Below, in pieces: positions 38,201 through 49,042 of a DNA stretch of 64,000 nt (position 1 is the first letter of the stretch; each line of letters begins with the position of its first letter). Under the pieces are notes generated by a model that did no database searches, was not told the DNA's origin, and saw nothing but the letters and a program-made list of their open reading frames with translations. A program made the translations under genes and the position numbers. Origin of the DNA: Antedon mediterranea (Eukaryota; Animalia; Echinodermata); assembly GCF_964355755.1 (NCBI RefSeq), contig NC_092670.1:2470201-2534200 (forward strand), read 5' to 3'.

Positions 38201-40452
38201 AGTCTTGCCTTTTTGTTTAACTGGTCATTAAGATCTGGTGTTATTCCAAGTGAATGGAAATGTGCTAAGGTTACTCCGCTTTATAAAGGAGGATGTTAAC
38301 ATGAACTTAACAACTACCGTCCAATATCTGTTATACCTATTGTTATGAAAGTTTTTGAAAGATGCATCCATAATCAAGTTATGAATCATATAAATGAGTT
38401 TAAATTATTATGTAAAAATCAATCTGGTTTTAGGTCGTTACATTCAACTTCTACTACACTGATAGATGTATGCAATTATATATATAAAAATATTGATAAT
38501 GGCTTGGTAACTGGAGCAATTTTTCTTGACCTAAAAAAGGTAGACCACAATATTTTATTACGTAAATTATGCACCTTTGGAATGATAAACACTGAGCTTG
38601 CATGGTTCAGTAATTATTTAAAAAATCGCAAACAATTTGTTAATTTTAATGGAAAAAAATCTGAAATTTTAAATGTCATCTATGGGGTACCACAAGGCTC
38701 AATTCTTGGCCCTTTGTTGTTTATTTTATGATGATGACTTACATGATAGTGTGGATGGGATTTGTAAAACAGTCCTCTTTTATGCATGTAAATCAAATGA
38801 AGAGCTTACAACAGTTTTAAGTGAACAGTTGGAAAATGTAAAACAATGGTTAGATAAACATAAATTAACTCTAAACATTGATAAAACCAAATACATGCTT
38901 TTTGGTACTCATGCACGTGTTAATAAAACAACAGATGAAACAGTAATTTTTGATAACATTCCGATTGAGAAAGTTGAAACGTTTAAATACTTGGGACTTA
39001 CATTTGATGAACAACTCTCATGGAAAGTACATATTGATTCTATATGTGCAAAACTATCAAAAATTCTACATCTATTTTATAGATTGAAAAGTTTTACATC
39101 TCCTAAAATTATTAAAAAATTATACAATGCTCTATTTTTATCACATATTGACTATTGTTCAACAGTCTGGGGTACTGGTTCAAACGCCCATATTTTAAAA
39201 TTGCAAAGGGTACAAAATAGAGCTGCACGATTAATACTAGGTGCTGATATTCGAACTCCTGTTAGACAAATGCATTATGATTTAGGTTGGCTAACAATTA
39301 AGACAAGAATTGAATATCATACAATTTGCACAATATTTAGATGTTTACAAGAATCTGTACCTTCATACTTATGTGATGTTTTGCAATATATTAGTAGTGT
39401 ACACAATATTCAAACCAGAAACTATGAAAATAATCTGTTGTAATTACCCAGATGTAACCTCGAAATATACAAACGTAGTTTTGTTTATTATGGAAGTTCA
39501 CTCTGGAATGGCCTACCTTATGAATTAAGAAAACAAAACAATTATAACCGTTTTAAATCACTTGTTAAGATTCATTTATTGTTGCCGGTTGTCTAGGATG
39601 GTTCCAGTGAAATATATTTAAATATGGTATAAAAGTTATAATAATAATGAGAACATGCATTGAAGTTTAAGTTTTAGTTTAAGTTTAGTTTAAGTTGTTT
39701 GTTTAAATGTGCCGTAGGGCCCCTCGGAAGAGCAGTTATTTTATTACTGAGAGGGCTACCCTACTGAAAGAAAACGAAATAAATAAATAACATGTTGATG
39801 ATCTATACACCTGTAGGCTATAAAAAGGATAGAATTATACATATTAAAATATTTTCAAAAAAAAAAAAATACTCCAGGTAAGTAAAATTATTTTACCCTT
39901 TATTAATTTATTTGCAGCCATTTGGTTGAGCACTTTAGCAAATCTTTCAGTTTTCTCTGGTGTACTATCTATTAGCTTTTCTACCTCCAGAAAGAACACA
40001 AAATCCCATATATCGTTATAATTACTGGAATCTTCAGTATAAAATGCAGCAATTCTAGGTAACTCTGATCCTCCGACATCTCTAAGACACTCAAACAGTT
40101 TTCTACGATACAGTGTTATTAACCTTTTACCACTGGTGGCATTGTATCCAGTGGTGTTTTGCTTATATTTTTCAACCAGCTTCATGGCTGCATCCAGCCC
40201 TGTCAATTCAGATATCTCTAACAAAATTTCCACATCATTAGAGGAGAAATGACCTTGAATATGCAATTTTGAAAGTAATTGTAATGCTGTTGTGCTATCT
40301 GTCAACAACGTGGAAACACTTAGTGTATTGTATAAAAGACACCTTAACCATTTGTATTTCCCTCCAGAATAATGTCTACTAAATTCGTCTAGTAAATCCT
40401 TGAATCTGTCTTCTTGACACGCCTCTTTGAGACTGAAGAATGACAAGTGCAT
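18513..40452 (-). CDS. Multidomain DED-DED / NACHT / Roc / COR / Death / DED-DED protein (NLR-ROCO hybrid), about 1687 aa, 19 exons: 40452-39897, 35404-35363, 34763-33405, 33140-32978, 32478-32381, 31616-31329, 30584-30379, 27794-27705, 27370-27194, 26983-26741, 22788-22594, 22185-22021, 21926-21648, 21326-21231, 20915-20696, 20489-20466, 20317-20291, 20174-19902, 19075-18513
   Basis: All 18 introns are GT-AG with compatible phases, and the total of 5064 nt is one open frame ending in TGA at 18515-18513. The true start is uncertain because there is a strong acceptor at 40433/40432. Confidence 0.82.
19902..20174 (-). CDS. Exon: Death domain
   Basis: VSEE..NCEQLGVLLGL...EILKFWR...LDVLCEALREHGQKDLADKF fits the Death-domain consensus (LGxxLGL, LxxW, LxxALxxxxxxDLA). 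Symmetric phase-1 exon. Confidence 0.8.
20696..22788 (-). CDS. Exons encoding the COR domain and a Cys/His-containing C-terminal extension
   Basis: LLEYLHDIGVILYY...LRDIIVVDLMQLVDMFKTII; GILK..LLKHLW...LMQKFGLV; FYVLSRL...YLPDDLFQR; then CAC...H.H...PC. Confidence 0.85.
23224..24012 (+). CDS. Penelope-like ORF 3' part: RT thumb/linker plus GIY-YIG endonuclease (truncated)
   Basis: L..CQYP, IPYVKG, HPKD, GVIYEVTCRNCPQVYIGETGR...RINDH, SAITEH, R.IRES..I, MNRDTG. Confidence 0.92.
   Translation: MDRAEKVVGDMDLRKVEMDNIKKALHNCQYPEWSFQRVMENRKRKKNKGHEPQKEKIKMRGSIGIPYVKGMAERIRRTLSYHNVGTYFLPQNKIKNSLVHPKDKIEKMDTCGVIYEVTCRNCPQVYIGETGRALQTRINDHKKDVTTNTGGVMTRASRTSTSSIIHKSAITEHVIKHNHVPNWEATILTKEPKRKDRQIRESLHIRRNKEKTMNRDTGAHELSHLYNDLIDTSPGRAPHNLQPTTGGVQRHQQMTSRMTKLH
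24021..24072 (+). ncRNA. Candidate minimal hammerhead-ribozyme-like motif in the Penelope pLTR (mirror copy at about 22875-22926, minus strand)
   Basis: TTGAGAAG, stem GATCTCT-gat-AGAGATC, GAAAC, gttcga, GTA. The core deviates from CUGANGA and stem I is unclear. Such motifs are typical of PLE pLTRs. Confidence 0.45.
24422..25871 (+). mobile_element. Helentron/HINE-like non-autonomous element
   Basis: Starts with hairpin ACTAGATGGTACGCTCGCTTCGCTCGCGTACCATCTAG and ends TATATATAGAT. A related start occurs at 63267. Confidence 0.45.
26225..26482 (-). mobile_element. Fragment of a DINE/Helentron-like repeat (TTACCTCCGCCAAGGAGG family)
   Basis: AAACCTCCTTGGCGGAGGTAA plus a (CAAA/CAGA)n tract. Same family as 62429-63022. 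Confidence 0.55.
26741..33140 (-). CDS. Exons encoding the Roc GTPase domain and the start of COR
   Basis: P-loop RVIFVGLEGVGKTS (33140-32978), switch I HEITDAI (32478-32381), switch II NIWDFGGQQIYH (30584-30379), VCVVFNL (27794-27705), WIQSI...PPVLLIGTHLN (27370-27194), FTIEN...LPIKWL (26983-26741). Confidence 0.9.
28196..28390. mobile_element. hAT-like MITE
   Basis: TIRs CAGTGGCATAA / TTACGCCACTG, with an 8-bp near-identical TSD GATACAGG / GATGCAGG. Confidence 0.75.
28550..30362 (-). mobile_element. 3' fragment of a non-LTR retrotransposon (CR1/L2-like group), split by a MITE
   Basis: RPILEYACQVWH...IETIQKRACRIMLG...LPSLEARR...FRDMLPP resumes beyond the MITE as ...PRCKTERYQRSAIP. A (TAAA)n tail lies near 28550-28568. 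Confidence 0.8.
28996..30079. mobile_element. MuDR/foldback-like MITE nested in the LINE fragment
   Basis: TIR GGGTGTCACGAAAGCTCAGACC / GGTCTGAGCTTTCGTGACACCC, an exact 10-bp TSD CAAGGAGGTA (28986-28995 and 30080-30089), and long internal inverted arms. Confidence 0.9.
33405..34763 (-). CDS. Exon: NACHT (STAND) NTPase with helical and winged-helix subdomains
   Basis: Pre-NACHT FTDLEL, Walker A IALIDGERGIGKTT, Walker B VLLLDGLDE, VRVKGF, CKNPMFL, LGKCMY, and winged-helix PLHKLIAELLVGFYL. One 1359-nt exon, phase 1 at both ends. Confidence 0.92.
35177..35247. repeat. (TA)n microsatellite
   Basis: About 35 TA units. Confidence 0.97.
35794..36579 (+). CDS. LINE ORF1 (coiled coil plus RRM-like, L1 transposase_22-type)
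   Basis: EQYSRRNCLIIQGI.E, IDRSHRLG, R.IIVKF, IYIHENLT, VWTQDG.I. Confidence 0.9.
   Translation: MAGKNTRKGGKKDSGKECCELNTDTAPIIDVEPLTIIVQNEISNIIKGNTSIFNDLAEKIASIVKHQLIESITQIVTDAAIEAIRFELDDTKDRLSKVEQQVENLQNELDEAEQYSRRNCLIIQGIEEKQGEITDNIVLDLFKKKLSVEVDKTCIDRSHRLGPKVKKNGRARGIIVKFSSYNVRNEVYRAKKKLKGSHIYIHENLTSKRSSLLRTVKQNYASVVSAVWTQDGRIHTIITGSNEKVVLSRTSDLKQLPKCKR
36629..39596 (+). pseudogene. LINE ORF2 (AP endonuclease plus reverse transcriptase), inactivated
   Basis: HLNVRSL, ISETWL, YRPP, GDLN, SDH; then NYRPIS, QSGFR, GVPQGSILGPLLF. Premature TAA at 38297-38299, a frameshift near 38728, deletions of the AFDT and YADD motifs, and another stop at 39441-39443. Confidence 0.9.
39897..40452 (-). CDS. 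Exon: N-terminal tandem DED-like (death-fold) pair
   Basis: FKDLLDEFS...LRCLL...ALQLLSKL....FSSNDVEILLEISELTG, then YRRKLFECLRDV...L...WDFVFFLE. This is the helical pattern of two DEDs and parallels the last exon. Phase-1 donor at 39896. Confidence 0.65.
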
Positions 40453-40519
40453 AAATAAATTGACCTACAATATCTCGGATAATAACAGTTTGTTTAACAT
40501 TAATTTTGTTACGTTTAAC

Positions 40520-42050
40520 GTAACAATCACAATTAATTAGGTGATCATTTAGAATAAAATGATCACCTATTGTTATTGTATGAAATCTTTATTCTTACGA
40601 TTCTTCTTTATTTCCGTCTGTACAGATTTTGTGTAACAAATATCTCAAAAAGTTTAATGTCAATGATTACCAAAATTTCACAATGTCTTTCAAATATTTT
40701 AACTTACCAGTAGTTCTAATAAGCTTTTCAGCGTGATCACTCATCCGTGACATCATTTATACGCCATTTTGTGAAAACACATTATCAATCATATCTCCAT
40801 AATTCATTATCACATATTAATGAAATTCACTACACGTAAACTTCAGGTCAAGGATAAAAATATTAGCAAATAAAAACGCACGCGCATGTAGGATCATGCG
40901 CGTGAAATCGCGCGTTAACAATTTAAAAAGCTCAAAATTAAGTTTTGATCAATTTAGAAAGCGTAAAAAATACCATTTTTTTTGTAAAAATTGCATTCTA
41001 CTCATCTTCCTTAGTACATTCACCAAATTTGAGTCCATTTCGACTTAAAATAGTGCTGTACGAGCACGCTAAAAATGACAAAATGCGCACATTAATTGTA
41101 CAAAAGTGCTAAAAATGGTAAAAATTAAGGCCTTTTTAAAATGAATATAACTTTTCAGAATGGAAGGTGACCCCCAATTTTTTTAACTTATTATTATTAT
41201 AAATGTATATACACATTAGACGTACAAAATAGTATGACGTCATCATTTGGCCACATAAATTTTTTAAATAGGGTTTTTTCCTCTTTTGTCATAGACCACC
41301 ATATTCAACAAAGCGCAACTCGCTTATCTGTGATCGATTTTCTTTTAATTTTTAATATATTCTACCTCAACCAATTATGTTACTTATTTACTGTATGAGT
41401 TTCCAATATATTCATTTTGATGACCGTCATCGCGTCTTAAACTTTGAATAACGGTGGTTATGTAATTTCACCTACAACGTATATTTGAATACCTTACAGC
41501 TCTTCTGAATTAAAGTTTGACCTTGATGTTTATAACTTATTATGAGAGCTGGTGAAATGTAGATATGAATTCACATAAAAACTAGATTTGAACTCGTCAC
41601 TTTGACGAGTTAGTTATCCGTACGACAAACGCCAAGTGCACGTCATACGTTGGAATTTTGCACACAGAAAAAGATCATGGCATTATGACCTTATAACAAA
41701 ACGAAGAGTGCCAGAGGCCTACTAGGTCCCTGGATAAGTTGTTTACCACAATTTAACGCGTAGTTAAATTACACGCACAGTAAAATAGCCAATCAGAACC
41801 TAGTCTTATTTGGCCTGCTACATTATTGAAATAGGTAGGAAATAAATGATTTGGGCTATACCATTCCGTTACAGTCAAAATAAACAGGAAAATCTGAATA
41901 CATATTACATACAGTGTAGAATAGGTGAAATTACGGGACCCGCCATTTATTCCAATTTTTAACATGGCAACGGTATCAAAATGAAAATCTAAGATAGCAA
42001 TTTCTGAATCAACGTGTAGAAGAAATTTGAATACGTAAAATATAGATGCG
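40520..42050. mobile_element. Cluster of Helentron-like non-autonomous repeats
   Basis: ACTAGATTTGAACTCGTCAC start at 41581, matching 47773. 40590-41130 is a diverged reverse-complement relative of 48340-48920. Confidence 0.5.
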
Positions 42051-42399
42051 CGTTCTTTTAAATTTTATTGATTTATTTATTTATTCAATTTCTGCCATAT
42101 ACATAACAAAGAAGACAAAAACAATTATAAAAGGAGGCACGGAAAGACCAAACAGGTGCTATACACCTATGCTAGTTGGTCAACTCAGAACAGAGAAAAA
42201 TAAATAAAATTACGTTCTACAAAAAAAGCATCGACAAGTAAGCGACCAACTACACACATTTTCAATATCAAAATTATTTTAAAAATAAATATTGAGATAA
42301 TTAAGTAATTTGGTTTTAAAAGAACTAACAGAAATATTTAAGTTGCGGATTTCACTGGGTAAGTTATTCCAAATGTGATGAACTATGACACAAATATGA

Positions 42400-44290
42400 A
42401 AATACGACTTTTATATTCAACTGGCCATTTTGAAATTCAAAATGGCCATTTTTTTAAAATGTGTTAAATTTCTTATTAAAACGTGTGTAAGTTAAATAAA
42501 ATTAGATTGAAATACACAAAATGATATTCTTATGACAACAACATGGTGATTAACACAAAATGTTGACCATCAGGAGGTCTACAGTACTGACAGTACACTT
42601 CTTCATATTAAAACATCTCATAAACTTCTTCAGTTAAATGACAACTAACTCTGCCAAAGTCCTTCAATGAAATATTTCTAATCTTGAATGCGATACAGTA
42701 ATTTGACCTTCCTTCGTTTTCTACTACTGTATCCATCAAACTTCCACAGACTGATCTGCAATCCCAACAAGCTTGTTCAGAAACAAATTGGCAAAAAAGT
42801 ACTGTAAAAGTCACCTGTATTCACCGTCATATTTTTGGCCAATATTCATCTTTTTCTTAGGATCCCATATAGACAGTTTGCCTTCTACAAGACTTTTACT
42901 AATGCCTCAAACATTTTCTGTCCAATTTCATCATGCCATGGCCAACAAACACCTTTGTGCGAATTGCAGCATTCTTCATTAATCAGGATATCATCTCTCT
43001 TTAAATGTTGGCTTTCAAACTCATCAACTAGATTTGCCAGCTCTGATGAAATCAATAATTTGTGTTATTCCAATGATACCACGCTCAATGACCCTGATCA
43101 ATTGATGTAAATCCAGCAAGTCCCACACATACATGTCCTCTCATAAACTCCAATATCTGTAATTTGTTTCAGTAATCTGTTGAAATTGATACAGCGGAAG
43201 TAACCGGTCGTAGTTCAGGTGGTCAAGAGCGAAGAAATATTTGATAAAAGCATGTGTACTTTCCATGTGTGCAGATATCGTTTTTTTGTGTCTCGGACAT
43301 ATATAGGGATATAGTTTAACCACATCATTTAGATTTCGTCGACTCTCTGTATTCAAGTTAATATCTTTATGATCAGCCTCTTTCAAACAAAATGATATTT
43401 AACTTAGAATCTCTTTCTCCGTCTACACTTGTAGAAGCAAGTTGTAGAGAGAAAGCAGAATTAGTGTGCTTCTTTCCTTCCTTCGTTTTCTACTACTGTA
43501 TCCATCAAACTTCCACAGACTGATCTGCGATCCAAACAAGCTTGTTCAGAAACAAATTGGCAAAAGTACTGCAATACTTCATTTCACCGCCAAATAATCT
43601 CTATAGGAGTCCTCTTTTACTTTGATAAGTTTGTCACCTGTATTCACCGTCATATATATTTTTTGCCAATATTCATCTTTTTCTTAGGATCCCATATAGA
43701 CAGTTTGCCTTCTACAAGACTTTTACTAATGCCTCAAACATTTTCTGTCCAATTTCATCATGCCATGGCCAACAAACTAACACGTTTGTGCGAATTGCAG
43801 TATTCTTCATTAATCGGGATATCATCTCTAAGATATTTGTGTCAGTGGTTGTATAGGTAATACAAGTTCAGTTTCAACAGAAGCAGTGCCCTCAACACTA
43901 TTTTCAGAATGCTACATTTCCAAAAGCCATATAGTTCACCGGGTCGACATAATAATTGCTTCTTGATGTCATCTCTGTCCACCTCCACTCATCTCGGGCA
44001 AGAGTCATCACCAGGCATTTTTGTCTTTCCCTAGTACATGAGTTTTTATACCACAACCATGTGCACTCATCAAACTAGTGTATAATGGTGGTCTATCTGT
44101 AGGGGTATATTGCTATGTAATTCAATGTCTGAACCTTCAGGGCCATAGTCACCAGTATGGTTGGTAAGTTTTCAACCTGTCAACTTTTGGCAGAAGCTTG
44201 AAGGAAATAAAGATACAGCTCATTCACAAGGTTATTCATAGGCAGCATTAACTCCTACTTCTCATCTTCTACAATCTCAACCGATTTCAT
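42400..44290 (-). pseudogene. Decayed Academ-like transposase fragments with an internal duplication (about 42707-43000 repeated at about 43477-43830)
   Basis: FIKYFFALDHLNY.R.LP motif (43141-43386 ORF) amid frameshifts, and the subterminal palindrome GGCCATTTTGAAATTCAAAATGGCC at 42423. Confidence 0.55.
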
Positions 44291-44294
44291 TAGG

Positions 44295-46503
44295 TGCTTT
44301 TGTGTAACCAAGTTTTTTCGAAAATCACAAAATGGTCTAAAACGTCTCCAAATGCGATTTGAAGCTATTCTAAGCACTTTTGTGTTTTTATGTTAACAAG
44401 TTTTTTCGAAAATCACAAAATGGTCTAAAACGTCTACAAATGCGATTTGAAGCTATTCTAAGCACTTTGGTGTTTTTATGGTAACAAGTTTTTTCGAAAA
44501 TCACAAAATGGTCTAAAACGTCTCCAAATGCGATTTGAAGCTATTCTGTATACTTTGATGTTTTTATGTTAACAAGTTTTTTCGAAAATCACTAAAACGG
44601 TCTAAAACGTCTCCAAATGCGATTTGAAGCTATTCTAAGCACTTTGGTGTTTTTATGTTAACAAGTTTTTTCGAAAATCACAAAATGGTCTAAAACGTCT
44701 CCAAATGCGATTTGAAGCTATTCTAAGCACTTTGCTGTTTTGTGTGAAAAATTTTTGTCGAAATGCTCAAAATGGTCAAAAACGTTTTTAAATACGATAT
44801 TAAGCTATTTTGTGCTGTTTGATGTTTTTGTGTCAAAAGTTTTATCGAAATGCTCAAAATGGTCTAAAACGGTTTCTAATGTGATTTTAAGCACTTTGAT
44901 GTTTTTTTGTTAACAAGTTTTTTCGAAAATCACAAAATGGTCTAAAACGTCTATAAATGCGATTTGAAGCTATTCTAAGCACTTTGCTGTTTTGTGTGAA
45001 AAATTTTTGTCAAAATGGTCAAAAACGTTTTTAAATACGATATTAAGCTATTTTGTGCTCTTTGATGTTTTTGTGTGAAAAGTTTTATCGAAATTCTCAA
45101 AATGGTCTAAAACGGTTTCTAATGTGATTTTAAGCATTTCGACAAAAATTTTTCACACAAAACAGCAAAGTGTACAGAATAGCTTCAAATCGCATTTGGA
45201 GACGTTTTAGACCATTTTGTGATTTTCGATAAAACTTGTTAACATAAAAACACCAATGTGCTAAGAATAGCTTAAAATCGCATTTGGAGACATTTTAGAC
45301 CATTTTGTGATTTTCGAAAAAACTTGTTAACATAGAAACACAAAAGTGCTTAGAATAGCTTCAAATCGCATTTGTAGACGTTTTAGACCATTTTGTGATT
45401 TTCGAAAAAACTTGTTAACATAAAAACACAAAAGTGCTTAGAATAGCTTAAAATCGCATTTGGAGACGTTTTAGACCATTTTGTGATTTTCGAAAAAACT
45501 TATAAACATAAAAACACCAAAGTGCTTAGAATAGCTTCAAATCGCATTTGGAGACGTTTTAGACCATTTTGTGATTTTCGAAAAAACTTGTTAACATAAA
45601 AACATCAAAGTGTACAGAATAGCTTAAAATCGCATTTGGAGACGTTTTTGACCGTTTTGTGATTTTTGAAAAAACTTGTTAACATAAAAACACAAAAGTG
45701 CTTAGAATAGTTTCAAATCGCATTTGGAGATGTTTTAGACCATTTTGTGATTTTCGAAAAAACTTATAAACATAAAAACACCAAAGTGCTTAGAATAGCT
45801 TCAAATCGCATTTGGAGACGTTTTAGACCATTTTGTGATTTTCGAAAAAACTTGTTAACATAAAAACATCAAAGTGTACAGAATAGCTTAAAATCGCATT
45901 TGGAGACGTTTTTGACCGTTTTGTGATTTTTGAAAAAACTTGTTAACATAAAAACACAAAAGTGCTTAGAATAGTTTCAAATCGCATTTGGAGATGTTTT
46001 AGACCATTTTGTGATTTTCGAAAAAACTTATAAACATAAAAACACCAAAGTGCTTAGAATAGCTTCAAATCGCATTTGGAGACGTTTTAGACCATTTTGT
46101 GATTTTCGAAAAAACTTGTTAACATAAAAACATCAAAGTGTACAGAATAGCTTAAAATCGCATTTGGAGACGTTTTTGACCGTTTTGTGATTTTCGAAAA
46201 AACTTGTTAACATAAAAACACAAAAGTGCTTAGAATAGTTTCAAATCGCATTTGGAGATGTTTTAGACCATTTTGTGATTTTCGAAAAAACTTGTTAACA
46301 TAAAAACACCAAAGTGCTTAGAATAGCTTCAAATCGCATTTTGAGACGTTTTAGACCGTTTTGTGATTTTCGAAAAAACTTGTTAACATAAAAACATCAA
46401 AGTGTACAGAATAGCTTCAAAATGGTCAAAAACGTTTTTAAATACGATATTAAGCTATTTTGTGCTCTTTGATGTTTTTGTGTCAAAAGTTTTATCGAAA
46501 TGC
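44295..46503. repeat. 88-bp satellite array with an internal inversion and a 264-bp higher-order repeat
   Basis: Unit AACAAGTTTTTTCGAAAATCACAAAATGGTCTAAAACGTCTCCAAATGCGATTTGAAGCTATTCTAAGCACTTTGGTGTTTTTATGTT is forward to about 45138, reversed about 45138-46418, and forward again to about 46503. Confidence 0.95.
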
Positions 46504-46759
46504 ACAATGGAAAAACTTTGGAACAAATCTCTGCCTTGGATACCTACCTGAACTATCTCAGATGTACCGCGAAATGTAAATTTGATAACAGTTTTCACTA
46601 TTACGATATTGTTCCATATTTCTTTCTTAGGAATATATTATAAAGAGTTTTAAAACAAAATTTCTGATTTCATCGGTAGATTTTCAACTCAATTTCAATT
46701 GTACGCGGTCAAAGTAATTTCCGGGTTCACGATGAGTTCACAGGTTCACCTTGCAACTA

Positions 46760-47150
46760 CACAATTATACTATTTGTAATAGAATTCATCACACTGTTAA
46801 CTACAATTTACCAAGCATTTGTTATTATTTTTTACCACTTTTCATATCTATTAGAGGATTTTATTTGATAATAAATGTTACAATATTATTAAAACTAAAA
46901 AATCCCTCGAATAAGCATCTCTCTCAAATGAACTTTGCCTCCGCCATCCTATAAGGGCCCTACAAAACAATAAACACTATACTTTAAAATGTTATTAATC
47001 ATCTAAGACACTGTGAAACAGAGTAGGTTTTTTTTTTTAATGGTAACCGACAGAAAACGTACAAAGAGAACGTCATTCTAAAACCTTTTTACCCGAGTCA
47101 TTATCATTCCGAGAACCATCGTTTACACTCCTTGCCCACCCTCTAGTTAG
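46760..47150 (-). repeat. Dispersed repeat, inverted copy of 63267-63680
   Basis: CATTATCATTCCGAGAACCATCG and TTACCAAGCATTTGTTATT are reverse complements of 63317-63338 and 63606-63624. Confidence 0.75.
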
Positions 47151-47259
47151 ACGTAATTGTTGTTGAATATTTGATATAAATTGGTACGTAAGTTGTTCCA
47201 TACTTTTGCAACTCCAACTTTGAACGATTAGTTAAGACTCTTAAGAGTCATAGTGGGGT

Positions 47260-49042
47260 ATTATATATCTGTTATATAGAGAACATTGACAACTTTAGAC
47301 AGCCTTATATAAATCGCGCGAAAAAAATTGTTTTCAACGCTACATGCGCACCGCGCGCGTAAAATATTGGGCGCACATGGAAATTTTTTACATGCTCAAA
47401 ATTACATGAAACGCGTAGAAAGTTGATTAGAAATTGATTTTTCGCATTTTAAAATTGTAAACGTGCATGCGCGCGCAACTTCGTGTGAAACATGCCATTT
47501 TTTTTCCACAGTCAGTTAGCGCAAGATATAAATTAAACTTTTGTTAAGTTTCAATTTAAATTGTTATATGGTGTTCGATCTATGTTAAATACGCGAAATT
47601 CGTAAAAACGCGCGTAAGTCATGTTGCGCAACTCTGTCGTCATTCACAATAGGAAGTGCACAACTTCACGTGAATGCCCATATGTTGACAAAGTTATGAA
47701 ATGTTAACTTTACACGTTTTAGAGATACGCTCTGCACAAAAATGACAGAAAGAAAGAAGAATACAGACCAAACTAGATTTGAACTCGTCACTACGGACGA
47801 GTTAGGTTATCCGCAGCGCAAAAGCCACGTGCACGTCATACGTTAGAATATTGCGCGCAGAAAAACGATTATGCCATTGAAAAAATGTTAGAGCGCTCTC
47901 TATTTTGTGTCAGGTCAAAGTGTATACGGTATACACTATACTGTATACGTACTACGTACAGTTCAGAATAGGTGAAAATAAGTGACCAAAGTTATTGACA
48001 CTTTTGAACATGATGACGTCATAACAATTTTTAAAATGGTGAATCATGCGAAAGATAATTGATTGACCTAGACAATATAAAGAAATGGAGGGCAATGGAA
48101 TACGGATAAGTGGAGATGCGCTCTATTAAATGTGATGAGCTATGACAAAAGAGAAAAGAATCCAATATTTTATATTCGAGTGGCCATACGATGACGTCAC
48201 AATGTCCGGTTAGCTATATTGATTCATGATTCGATATCTACAACTCATCTACTTCCAGAATATGTAATTTAAAAAAAGTTCACCACGTAGTTTAGAATCT
48301 ATGACTGTTTAAAAAAAGGCATAATTTTCACAAATTTTTGTACATTTTCATCAAAAACGCGCGCAAATTTTTCAATTCTACGTGCTCGTATGACGTGATT
48401 TTAAGTCGGAATTGTTTGAAAGTTGGTAAAATTACTAGAAAAGGCTGAAAAAACAAAAATCAAGCAAAAATAGATGTTTTTTGCGCTACGTGCGCACGCA
48501 CGCGTAAAAAAAATGCGCACCCGTGGGAATTTTTGAAATGCTCAAAATTACATGAAACGCGTAAAAAGTTGATTAGAAGTTGATTTTTCGCTTGTTGAAA
48601 TTTTAAACGCGCGTGCACGCGTAACTTTCTGTGAAACATGCCATTTTTAATCTATAGAACGTTTGCCCTTGATATAACTTAAATTTTCACCAAGTGTTAT
48701 TACAAAGTGACTTTTATTTTTTATCCTATGATCAATCATTGAAATTCATAAAATCGCGCGTAAGTCACGTTGCGCAACTCTGACGTCATTCAAAATATGG
48801 AGGTGCACAACTTCAGGTAAATGTCCATATAATGACAAAGTTATACAAAAGTTATATTCATAAGCTATAGGGGATATGCTGCTCACAAAATCAGGGAAAG
48901 AAAGAAGAACAAAGAAGATGATGAAAAAAAAAAGATATTTACAATCACATGGGTTATCCTGCAACTAAGTTGCGGATAACCAAAAAAAGATGATGAAACA
49001 GGACAGTTACAAGGAGTTATCCGCTGAATGCGGATACCTAAT
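47260..49042 (+). mobile_element. Tandem Helentron/HINE-like elements (partial copy plus complete copy 47772-49042)
   Basis: 5' ACTAGATTTGAACTCGTCAC..GACGAGTT hairpin, an (AAG)n tract, and 3' hairpins GGTTATCC..GGATAACC and TATCCGCTGAATGCGGATA. 47320-47765 resembles 48470-48915. Confidence 0.55.

Larger units (their letters stand above)
35610..39790 (+). mobile_element. Near full-length CR1/L2-group LINE, antisense within the intron following the N-terminal DED exon
   Basis: 5' UTR, ORF1, APE-RT ORF2, a 3' hairpin region (GTAGGGCCCTC...GAGGGCTACCCTAC) and an (AAAT)n tail at 39777-39790. The 5' boundary is approximate. Confidence 0.9.
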
